From Magallana gigas (lineage: Eukaryota), in contig NC_088857.1 of NCBI RefSeq assembly GCF_963853765.1, forward strand, positions 28,086,001 through 28,150,000: DNA of 64,000 nt. Reading direction: 5' to 3'. Positions 1 to 12,770 of the stretch are shown here, in pieces (within the stretch, counting starts at the first letter, position 1; every line of letters begins with the position of its first letter). The notes under the pieces are model-generated. The model searched no databases and was not told the DNA's origin. It saw nothing but the letters and a program-made list of their open reading frames with translations. The translations under genes and the position numbers were made by a program.

Positions 1-3000
1 TCTTAGTTGAAAACATTCACAAGAAGTAAAATATATTCCAACTTACCAATTGTGCAGTTCGTTCCATTAAAACCGACAGTACAAGCACATGTGTAATCAT
101 TGATCAGATCTATACAAGTTCCATTGTTCTGACAAGGTTCAGATGCACACTCATCGATATCTGAAATACACAACGTTCAATATATCTATACTACTAAAAT
201 AATGAACACTAATTCATGTGCTTTGTTACCCTCAAAATTGCTTGGAACTTCTTTTATATGTAAGTAAGTTAAAAATATCTGGAATTTGAACCGGAATGAA
301 AATGCGTATGGGGTAGGGAGGGTTTGTAAACAGTCATATTATGAAACATTTTTCAATTTAATTTAAAACAAATAGTAAAATCAAATAATGAAAAAAATAT
401 GCTTAAAATATTTAAAGAGACAGGTGTATTGTGTCTTTTGCATAAAAGGAAAATATAACGCATTGATAGTGCTTACTGATGTCACAATTTGTTCCATTGA
501 ATCCTGCAACACAATCACAGAGGTAGTCGTTGACCAGGTCTGTACAGGTTCCGTTGTTTTGACAAGGCTCTGGATTGCAGTCATCGATATCTACAATTTC
601 AAGTACCAACTGAATGAACAGAATTTTTTTCTCGACAATTCTTATTCTGATGTTTATGATGAAAATGACACCATATTTCACGAATATCAAATGTTCATGA
701 AGTAACACATTGAAGGTTTTCTGGATTCCTAGAAACAATTTCATTATGCAGGTATGGTGATTACTGTTTTCACAATTTGTTCCATTGAATCCTGCATCAC
801 AACTACATTGGTAGTCGTTGACCAGGTCTGTACAGGTTCCGTTGTTTTGACAAGGCTCTGGATTGCAGTCATCGATATCTACAATTTCAAGTACCAGCTG
901 CATGCATGAACAGAATCAAAACGAAATTATCTACAATTTTTAGTCTATGATTTTGATGCATGTCCTATACAGACTAGATTTGTATTTGCTCTTGTTTATC
1001 ATTGGATCAAAGATTCAAAAGTAAAGTATTCTCAATCAACTGCATTGTTTACAATATTATTACAATAACTTGGTTCTTAGTTGAAAACATTCACAAGAAG
1101 TAAAATATATTCCAACTTACCAATTGTGCAGTTCGTTCCATTAAAACCGACAGTACAAGCACATGTGTAATCATTGATCAGATCTATACAAGTTCCATTG
1201 TTCTGACAAGGTTCAGATGCACACTCATCGATATCTGAAATACACAACGTTCAATATATCTATACTACTAAAATAATGAACACTAATTCATGTGCTTTGT
1301 TACCCTCAAAATTGCTTGGAACTTCTTTTATATGTAAGTAAGTTAAAAATATCTGGAATTTGAACCGGAATGAAAATGCGTATGGGGTAGGGAGGGTTTG
1401 TAAACAGTCATATTATGAAACATTTTTCAATTTAATTTAAAACAAATAGTAAAATCAAATAATTAAAAAAATATACTTAAAATATTTAAAGAGACACGTG
1501 TATTGTGTCTTTTGCATAAAAGGAAAATATAACGCATTGATAGTGCTTACTGATGTCACAATTTGTTCCATTGAATCCTGCAACACAATCACAGAGGTAG
1601 TCGTTGACCAGGTCTGTACAGGTTCCGTTGTTTTGACAAGGCTCTGGATTGCAGTCATCGATATCTACAATTTCAAGTACCAACTGAATGAACAGAATTT
1701 TTTTCTCGACAATTCTTATTCTGATGTTTATGATGAAAATGACACCATATTTCACGAATATCAAATGTTCATGAAGTAACACATTGAAGGTTTTCTGGAT
1801 TCCCAGAAACAATTTCATTATGCAGGTATGGTGATTACTGTTTTCACAATTTGTTCCATTGAATCCTGCATCACAACTACATTGGTAGTCGTTGACCAGG
1901 TCTGTACAGGTTCCGTTGTTTTGACAAGGCTCTGGATTGCAGTCATCGATATCTACAATTTCAAGTACCAGCTGCATGCATGAACAGAATCAAAACGAGA
2001 TTATCTACAATTTTTAGTCTATGATTTTGATGCATGTCCTATACAGACTAGATTTGTATTTGCACTTGTTTATCATTGGATCAAAGATTCAAAAGTAAAG
2101 TATTCTCAATCAACTGCATTGTTTACAATATTATTACAATAACTTGGTTCTTAGTTGAAAACATTCACAAGAAGTAAAATATATTCCAACTTACCAATTG
2201 TGCAGTTCGTTCCATTAAAACCGACAGTACAAGCACATGTGTAATCATTGATCAGATCTATACAAGTTCCATTGTTCTGACAAGGTTGAGATGCACACTC
2301 ATCGATATCTAAAATACACAACGTTCAATATATCTATACTACTAAAATAATGAACACTAATTCATGTGCTTTGTTACCCTCAAAATTGCTTGGAACTTTT
2401 TTTTTATATGTAAGTAAGTTAAAAATATCTGGAATTTGAACCGGAATGAAAATGCATATGGGGTAGGGAGGGTTTGTAAACAGTCATATTATGAAACATT
2501 TTTCAATTTAATTTAAAACAAATAGTAAAATCAAATAATTAAAAAAATATACTTAAAATATTTAAAGAGACACGTGTATTGTGTCTTTTGCATAAAAGGA
2601 AAATATAACGCATTGATAGTGCTTACTGATGTCACAATTTGTTCCATTGAATCCTGCAACACAATCACAGAGGTAGTCGTTGACCAGGTCTGTACAGGTT
2701 CCGTTGTTTTGACAAGGCTCTGGATTGCAGTCATCGATATCTACAATTTCAAGTACCAACTGAATGAACAGAATTTTATTCTCGACAATTCTTATTCTGA
2801 TGTTTATGATGAAAATGACACCATATTTCACGAATATCAAATGTTCATGAAGTAACACATTGAAGGTTTTCTGGATTCCCAGAAACAATTTCATTATGCA
2901 GGTATGGTGATTACTGTTTTCACAATTTGTTCCATTGAATCCTGCATCACAACTACATTGGTAGTCGTTGACCAGGTCTGTACAGGTTCCGTTGTTTTGA

Positions 3001-6000
3001 CAAGGCTCTGGATTGCAGTCATCGATATCTACAATTTCAAGTACCAGCTGCATGCATGAACAGAATCAAAACGAAATTATCTACAATTTTTAGTCTATGA
3101 TTTTGATGCATGTCCTATACAGACTAGATTTGTATTTGCTCTTGTTTATCATTGGATCAAAGATTCAAAAGTAAAGTATTCTCAATCAACTGCATTGTTT
3201 ACAATATTATTACAATAACTTGGTTCTTAGTTGAAAACATTCACAAGAAGTAAAATATATTCCAACTTACCAATTGTGCAGTTCGTTCCATTAAAACCGA
3301 CAGTACAAGCACATGTGTAATCATTGATCAGATCTATACAAGTTCCATTGTTCTGACAAGGTTCAGATGCACACTCATCGATATCTGAAATACACAACGT
3401 TCAATATATCTATACTACTAAAATAATGAACACTAATTCATGTGCTTTGTTACCCTCAAAATTGCTTGGAACTTCTTTTATATGTAAGTAAGTTAAAAAT
3501 ATCTGGAATTTGAACCGGAATGAAAATGCGTATGGGGTAGGGAGGGTTTGTAAACAGTCATATTATGAAACATTTTTCAATTTAATTTAAAACAAATAGT
3601 AAAATCAAATAATGAAAAAAATATACTTAAAATATTTAAAGAGACAGGTGTATTGTGTCTTTTGCATAAAAGGAAAATATAACGCATTGATAGTGCTTAC
3701 TGATGTCACAATTTGTTCCATTGAATCCTGCAACACAATCACAGAGGTAGTCGTTGACCAGGTCTGTACAGGTTCCGTTGTTTTGACAAGGCTCTGGATT
3801 GCAGTCATCGATATCTACAATTTCAAGTACCAACTGAATGAACAGAATTTTTTTCTCGACAATTCTTATTCTGATGTTTATGATGAAAATGACACCATAT
3901 TTCACGAATATCAAATGTTCATGAAGTAACACATTGAAGGTTTTCTGGATTCCTAGAAACAATTTCATTATGCAGGTATGGTGATTACTGTTTTCACAAT
4001 TTGTTCCATTGAATCCTGCATCACAACTACATTGGTAGTCGTTGACCAGGTCTGTACAGGTTCCGTTGTTTTGACAAGGCTCTGGATTGCAGTCATCGAT
4101 ATCTACAATTTCAAGTACCAGCTGCATGCATGAACAGAATCAAAACGAGATTATCTACAATTTTTAGTCTATGATTTTGATGCATGTCCTATACAGACTA
4201 GATTTGTATTTGCTCTTGTTTATCATTGGATCAAAGATTCAAAAGTAAAGTATTCTCAATCAACTGCATTGTTTACAATATTATTACAATAACTTGGTTC
4301 TTAGTTGAAAACATTCACAAGAAGTAAAATATATTCCAACTTACCAATTGTGCAGTTCGTTCCATTAAAACCGACAGTACAAGCACATGTGTAATCATTG
4401 ATCAGATCTATACAAGTTCCATTGTTCTGACAAGGTTCAGATGCACACTCATCGATATCTGAAATACACAACGTTCAATATATCTATACTACTAAAATAA
4501 TGAACACTAATTCATGTGCTTTGTTACCCTCAAAATTGCTTGGAACTTTTTTTTTTATATGTAAGTAAGTTAAAAATATTTGGAATTTGAACCGGAATGA
4601 AAATGCATATGGGGTAGGGAGGGTTTCTAAACAGTCATATTATGAAACATTTTTCAATTTAATTTAAAACAAATAGTAAAATCAAATAATTAAAAAAATA
4701 TACTTAAAATATTTAAAGAGACACGTGTATTGTGTCTTTTGCATAAAAGGAAAATATAACGCATTGATAGTGCTTACTGATGTCACAATTTGTTCCATTG
4801 AATCCTGCAACACAATCACAGAGGTAGTCGTTGACCAGGTCTGTACAGGTTCCGTTGTTTTGACAAGGCTCTGGATTGCAGTCATCAATATCTACAATTT
4901 CAAGTACCAACTGAATGAACAGAATTTTTTTCTCGACAATTCTTATTCTGATGTTTATGATTAAAATGACACCATATTTCACGAATATCAAATGTTCATG
5001 AAGTAACACATTGAAGGTTTTCTGGATTCCCAGAAACAATTTCATTATGCAGGTATGGTGATTACTGTTTTCACAATTTGTTCCATTGAATCCTGCATCA
5101 CAACTACATTGGTAGTCGTTGACCAGGTCTGTACAGGTTCCGTTGTTTTGACAAGGCTCTGGATTGCAGTCATCGACATCTACAATTTCAAGTACCAGCT
5201 GCATGCATGAACAGAATCAAAACGAAATTATCTACAATTTTTAGTCTATGATTTTGATGCATGTCCTATACAGACTAGATTTGTATTTGCTCTTGTTTAT
5301 CATTGGATCAAAGATTCAAAAGTAAAGTATTCTCAATCAACTGCATTGTTTACAATATTATTACAATAACTTGGTTCTTAGTTGAAAACATTCACAAGAA
5401 GTAAAATATATTCCAACTTACCAATTGTGCAGTTCGTTCCATTAAAACCGAGAGTACAAGCACATGTGTAATCATTGATCAGATCTATACAAGTTCCATT
5501 GTTCTGACAAGGTTCAGATGCACACTCATCGATATCTGAAATACACAACGTTCAATACATCAATACTAGTAAGATAATGAACACTAATCCATGTGCTTTG
5601 TTACCCTCACAATTGCTTGGAACTTTTTTTTTTATGTAAGTCAGTTAAAAATATCTGGAATTTGAACTGGAACGAAAATGCGTTTGGGGTAGGGACAGTT
5701 TGTAAACAGTCATATTATGAAACATTTTTTCAATTTAATTTAAAACAAATAGTAAAATCAAATAGTTAAAATCTAGTTCAAATATTTATATAACACGTGT
5801 ATTGTGTCTTTTGCATAAAAGGAAAATATAACGCATTGATAGTGCTTACTGATGTCACAATTTGTTCCATTGAATCCTGCAACACAATCACAGTGGTAGT
5901 CGTTGACCAGATCTGTACAGGTTCCGTTGTTTTGACAAGGCTCTGGATTGCAGTCATCGATATCTACAATTTCAAGTACCAACTGAATGAACAGAATTTA

Positions 6001-9000
6001 TTTCTCGACAATTCTTATACTGATGTTTATGATGAAAATGACACCATATTTCACAAAAATCAAATGTTCATGAAGTAACACATTGAAGGTTTTCTGGATT
6101 CCAAGAAACAAATTCATTATGCAGGTATGGTGTTTACTGTTTTCACAATTTGTTCCATTGAATCCTGCAACACAACTACATTGGTAGACGTTGACTAGGT
6201 CTGTACAGGTTCCGTTGTTTTGACAAGGCTCTGGATTGCAGTCATCGATATCTACAATTTCAAGTACCAGCTGCATGCATGAACAGAATCAAAACGAGAT
6301 TATCTACAATTTTTTGTCTATGATTTTGATGCATGTCCTATACAGACTAGATTTGTATTTGCTCTTGTTTATCATTGGATCAAAGATTCAAAAGTAAAGT
6401 ATTCTCAATCAATTGCATTGTTTACAATATTCTTACAATAACTTGGTTCTTAGTTGAAAACATTCACAAGAAGTAAAATATATTCCAACTTACCAATTGT
6501 GCAGTTCGTTCCATTAAAACCGACAGTACAAGCACATGTGTAATCATTGATCAGATCTATACAAGTTCCATTGTTCTGACAAGGTTCAGATGCACACTCA
6601 TCGATATCTGAAATACACAACGTTCAATATATCTATACTTCTAAAATAATGAACACTAATTCATGTGCTTTGTTACCCTCAAAATTGCTTGGAACTTCTT
6701 TTATATGTAAGTAAGTTAAAAATATCTGGAATTTGAACCGGAATGAAAATGCGTCTGGGGTAGGGAGGGTTTGTAAACAGTCATATTATGAAACATTTTT
6801 CAATTTAATTTAAAACAAATAGTAAAATCAAATAATGAAAAAAATATGCTTAAAATATTTAAAGAGACAGGTGTATTGTGTCTTTTGCATAAAAGGAAAA
6901 TATAACGCATTGATAGTGCTTACTGATGTCACAATTTGTTCCATTGAATCCTGCAACACAATCACAGAGGTAGTCGTTGACCAGGTCTGTACAGGTTCCG
7001 TTGTTTTGACAAGGCTCTGGATTGCAGTCATCGATATCTACAATTTCAAGTACCAACTGAATGAACAGAATTTTTTTCTCGACAATTCTTATTCTGATGT
7101 TTATGATGAAAATGACACCATATTTCACGAATATCAAATGTTCATGAAGTAACACATTGAAGGTTTTCTGGATTCCTAGAAACAATTTCATTATGCAGGT
7201 ATGGTGATTACTGTTTTCACAATTTGTTCCATTGAATCCTGCATCACAACTACATTGGTAGTCGTTGACCAGGTCTGTACAGGTTCCGTTGTTTTGACAA
7301 GGCTCTGGATTGCAGTCATCGATATCTACAATTTCAAGTACCAGCTGCATGCATGAACAGAATCAAAACGAAATTATCTACAATTTTTAGTCTATGATTT
7401 TGATGCATGTCCTATACAGACTAGATTTGTATTTGCTCTTGTTTATCATTGGATCAAAGATTCAAAAGTAAAGTATTCTCAATCAACTGCATTGTTTACA
7501 ATATTATTACAATAACTTGGTTCTTAGTTGAAAACATTCACAAGAAGTAAAATATATTCCAACTTACCAATTGTGCAGTTCGTTCCATTAAAACCGACAG
7601 TACAAGCACATGTGTAATCATTGATCAGATCTATACAAGTTCCATTGTTCTGACAAGGTTCAGATGCACACTCATCGATATCTGAAATACACAACGTTCA
7701 ATATATCTATACTACTAAAATAATGAACACTAATTCATGTGCTTTGTTACCCTCAAAATTGCTTGGAACTTCTTTTATATGTAAGTAAGTTAAAAATATC
7801 TGGAATTTGAACCGGAATGAAAATGCGTATGGGGTAGGGAGGGTTTGTAAACAGTCATATTATGAAACATTTTTCAATTTAATTTAAAACAAATAGTAAA
7901 ATCAAATAATTAAAAAAATATACTTAAAATATTTAAAGAGACACGTGTATTGTGTCTTTTGCATAAAAGGAAAATATAACGCATTGATAGTGCTTACTGA
8001 TGTCACAATTTGTTCCATTGAATCCTGCAACACAATCACAGAGGTAGTCGTTGACCAGGTCTGTACAGGTTCCGTTGTTTTGACAAGGCTCTGGATTGCA
8101 GTCATCGATATCTACAATTTCAAGTACCAACTGAATGAACAGAATTTTTTTCTCGACAATTCTTATTCTGATGTTTATGATGAAAATGACACCATATTTC
8201 ACGAATATCAAATGTTCATGAAGTAACACATTGAAGGTTTTCTGGATTCCCAGAAACAATTTCATTATGCAGGTATGGTGATTACTGTTTTCACAATTTG
8301 TTCCATTGAATCCTGCATCACAACTACATTGGTAGTCGTTGACCAGGTCTGTACAGGTTCCGTTGTTTTGACAAGGCTCTGGATTGCAGTCATCGATATC
8401 TACAATTTCAAGTACCAGCTGCATGCATGAACAGAATCAAAACGAGATTATCTACAATTTTTAGTCTATGATTTTGATGCATGTCCTATACAGACTAGAT
8501 TTGTATTTGCACTTGTTTATCATTGGATCAAAGATTCAAAAGTAAAGTATTCTCAATCAACTGCATTGTTTACAATATTATTACAATAACTTGGTTCTTA
8601 GTTGAAAACATTCACAAGAAGTAAAATATATTCCAACTTACCAATTGTGCAGTTCGTTCCATTAAAACCGACAGTACAAGCACATGTGTAATCATTGATC
8701 AGATCTATACAAGTTCCATTGTTCTGACAAGGTTGAGATGCACACTCATCGATATCTAAAATACACAACGTTCAATATATCTATACTACTAAAATAATGA
8801 ACACTAATTCATGTGCTTTGTTACCCTCAAAATTGCTTGGAACTTTTTTTTTATATGTAAGTAAGTTAAAAATATCTGGAATTTGAACCGGAATGAAAAT
8901 GCATATGGGGTAGGGAGGGTTTGTAAACAGTCATATTATGAAACATTTTTCAATTTAATTTAAAACAAATAGTAAAATCAAATAATTAAAAAAATATACT

Positions 9001-12000
9001 TAAAATATTTAAAGAGACACGTGTATTGTGTCTTTTGCATAAAAGGAAAATATAACGCATTGATAGTGCTTACTGATGTCACAATTTGTTCCATTGAATC
9101 CTGCAACACAATCACAGAGGTAGTCGTTGACCAGGTCTGTACAGGTTCCGTTGTTTTGACAAGGCTCTGGATTGCAGTCATCGATATCTACAATTTCAAG
9201 TACCAACTGAATGAACAGAATTTTATTCTCGACAATTCTTATTCTGATGTTTATGATGAAAATGACACCATATTTCACGAATATCAAATGTTCATGAAGT
9301 AACACATTGAAGGTTTTCTGGATTCCCAGAAACAATTTCATTATGCAGGTATGGTGATTACTGTTTTCACAATTTGTTCCATTGAATCCTGCATCACAAC
9401 TACATTGGTAGTCGTTGACCAGGTCTGTACAGGTTCCGTTGTTTTGACAAGGCTCTGGATTGCAGTCATCGATATCTACAATTTCAAGTACCAGCTGCAT
9501 GCATGAACAGAATCAAAACGAAATTATCTACAATTTTTAGTCTATGATTTTGATGCATGTCCTATACAGACTAGATTTGTATTTGCTCTTGTTTATCATT
9601 GGATCAAAGATTCAAAAGTAAAGTATTCTCAATCAACTGCATTGTTTACAATATTATTACAATAACTTGGTTCTTAGTTGAAAACATTCACAAGAAGTAA
9701 AATATATTCCAACTTACCAATTGTGCAGTTCGTTCCATTAAAACCGACAGTACAAGCACATGTGTAATCATTGATCAGATCTATACAAGTTCCATTGTTC
9801 TGACAAGGTTCAGATGCACACTCATCGATATCTGAAATACACAACGTTCAATACATCAATACTAGTAAGATAATGAACACTAATCCATGTGCTTTGTTAC
9901 CCTCACAATTGCTGGGAACTTTTTTTTTTATGTAAGTCAGTTAAAAATATCTGGAATTTGAACTGGAACGAAAATGCGTTTGGGGTAGGGACAGTTTGTT
10001 AACAGTCATATTATGAAACATTTTTCAATTTAATTTAAAACAAATAGTAAAATCAAATAGTTAAAATCTAGTTCAAATATTTATATAACACGTGTATTGT
10101 GTCTTTTGCATAAAAGGAAAATATAACGCATTGATAGTGCTTACTGATGTCACAATTTGTTCCATTGAATCCTGCAACACAATCACAGAGGTAGTCGTTG
10201 ACCAGGTCTGTACAGGTTCCGTTGTTTTGACAAGGCTCTGGATTGCAGTCATCGATATCTACAATTTCAAGTACCAACTGAATGAACAGAATTTTTTTCT
10301 CGACAATTCTTATTCTGATGTTTATGATGAAAATGACACCATATTTCACGAATATCAAATGTTCATGAAGTAACACATTGAAGGTTTTCTGGATTCCTAG
10401 AAACAATTTCATTATGCAGGTATGGTGATTACTGTTTTCACAATTTGTTCCATTGAATCCTGCATCACAACTACATTGGTAGTCGTTGACCAGGTCTGTA
10501 CAGGTTCCGTTGTTTTGACAAGGCTCTGGATTGCAGTCATCGATATCTACAATTTCAAGTACCAGCTGCATGCATGAACAGAATCAAAACGAGATTATCT
10601 ACAATTTTTAGTCTATGATTTTGATCCATGTCCTATACAGACTAGATTTGTATTTGCTCTTGTTTATCATTGGATCAAAGATTCAAAAGTAAAGTATTCT
10701 CAATCAACTGCATTGTTTACAATATTATTACAATAACTTGGTTCTTAGTTGAAAACATTCACAAGAAGTAAAATATATTCCAACTTACCAATTGTGCAGT
10801 TCGTTCCATTAAAACCGACAGTACAAGCACATGTGTAATCATTGATCAGATCTATACAAGTTCCATTGTTCTGACAAGGTTCAGATGCACACTCATCGAT
10901 ATCTGAAATACACAACGTTCAATATATCTATACTACTAAAATAATGAACACTAATTCATGTGCTTTGTTACCCTCAAAATTGCTTGGAACTTTTTTTCTA
11001 TATGTAAGTAAGTTAAAAATATTTGGAATTTGAACCGGAATGAAAATGCATATGGGGTAGGGAGGGTTTGTAAACAGTCATATTATGAAACATTTTTCAA
11101 TTTAATTTAAAACAAATAGTAAAATCAAATAATTAAAAAAATATACTTAAAATATTTAAAGAGACACGTGTATTGTGTCTTTTGCATAAAAGAAAAATAT
11201 AACGCATTGATAGTGCTTACTGATGTCACAATTTGTTCCATTGAATCCTGCAACACAATCACAGAGGTAGTCGTTGACCAGGTCTGTACAGGTTCCGTTG
11301 TTTTGACAAGGCTCTGGATTGCAGTCATCAATATCTACAATTTCAAGTACCAACTGAATGAACAGAATTTTTTTCTCGACAATTCTTATTCTGATGTTTA
11401 TGATTAAAATGACACCATATTTCACGAATATCAAATGTTCATGAAGTAACACATTGAAGGTTTTCTGGATTCCCAGAAACAATTTCATTATGCAGGTATG
11501 GTGATTACTGTTTTCACAATTTGTTCCATTGAATCCTGCATCACAACTACATTGGTAGTCGTTGACCAGGTCTGTACAGGTTCCGTTGTTTTGACAAGGC
11601 TCTGGATTGCAGTCATCGATATCTACAATTTCAAGTACCAGCTGCATGCATGAACAGAATCAAAACGAAATTATCTACAATTTTTAGTCTATGATTTTGA
11701 TGCATGTCCTATACAGACTAGATATGTATTTGCTCTTGTTTATCATTGGATCAAAGATTCAAAAGTAAAGTATTCTCAATCAACTGCATTGTTTACAATA
11801 TTATTACAATAACTTGGTTCTTAGTTGAAAACATTCACAAGAAGTAAAATATATTCCAACTTACCAATTGTGCAGTTCGTTCCATTAAAACCGACAGTAC
11901 AAGCACATGTGTAATCATTGATCAGATCTATACAAGTTCCATTGTTCTGACAAGGTTGAGATGCACACTCATCGATATCTGAAATACACAACGTTCAATA

Positions 12001-12770
12001 TATCTATACTACTAAAATAATGAACACTAATCCATGTGCTTTGTTACCCTCAAAATTGCTTGGAACTTCTTTTATATGTAAGTAAGTTAAAAATATCTGG
12101 AATTTGAACCGGAATGAAGATGCGTATGGGGTAGGGAGGGTTTGTAAACAGTCATATTATGAAACATTTGTTCATTCAATTTAAAGCAAATAGTAAAATG
12201 AAATAGTTAAAATCTAGTTCAAATATTTCTAGAGACACGTGTATTGTGTCTTTTGCATAAAAGGAAAATATAACGCATTGATAGTGCTTACTGATGTCAC
12301 AATTTGTTCCATTGAATCCTGCAACACAATCACAGTGGTAGTCGTTGACCAGGTCTGTACAGGTTCCGTTGTTTTGACAAGGCTCTGGATTGCAGTCATC
12401 GATATCTACAATTTCAAGTACCAACTGAATGAACAGAATTTTTTTCTCAACAATTCTTATTCGGATGTTTATGATTAAAATTACACCATATTTCACGAAT
12501 ATCAAATGTTCATGAAGTAACACATTGAAGGTTTTTTAGATTCCCAGAAACAAATTCATTATGCAGGTATGGTGTTTACTGTTTTCACAATTTGGTCCAT
12601 TGAATCCTGCATCACAACTACATTGGTAGTCGTTGACCAGGTCTGTACAGGTTCCGTTGTTTTGACAAGGCTCTGGATTGCAGTCATCGATATCTACAAT
12701 TTCAAGTACCAGCTGCATGAACAGAATCAACACAAAATGATCTTCAATATTTTGTCAATGCTTTTGATGC
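1..12770 (-). repeat. Tandem array of 12 x ~1074-bp units, each with three 114-bp calcium-binding-type EGF exons
   Basis: Type A exons start at 47, 1121, 2195, 3271, 4345, 5422, 6494, 7568, 8642, 9718, 10789, 11865 ([37 protein letters not shown]). Type B start at 477, 1551, 2627, 3701, 4778, 5850, 6924, 7998, 9074, 10145, 11221, 12292. Type C start at 765, 1839, 2915, 3989, 5066, 6138, 7212, 8286, 9362, 10433, 11509, 12580. Each spans 114 bp; introns are nearly identical between units. Confidence 0.95.

Noticed and set aside
1-12770. CRISPR-like or satellite interpretation of the regular repeats
   Set aside because: Units are ~1074 bp with spliceable coding exons, no unique spacers and no cas genes; the DNA is eukaryotic.
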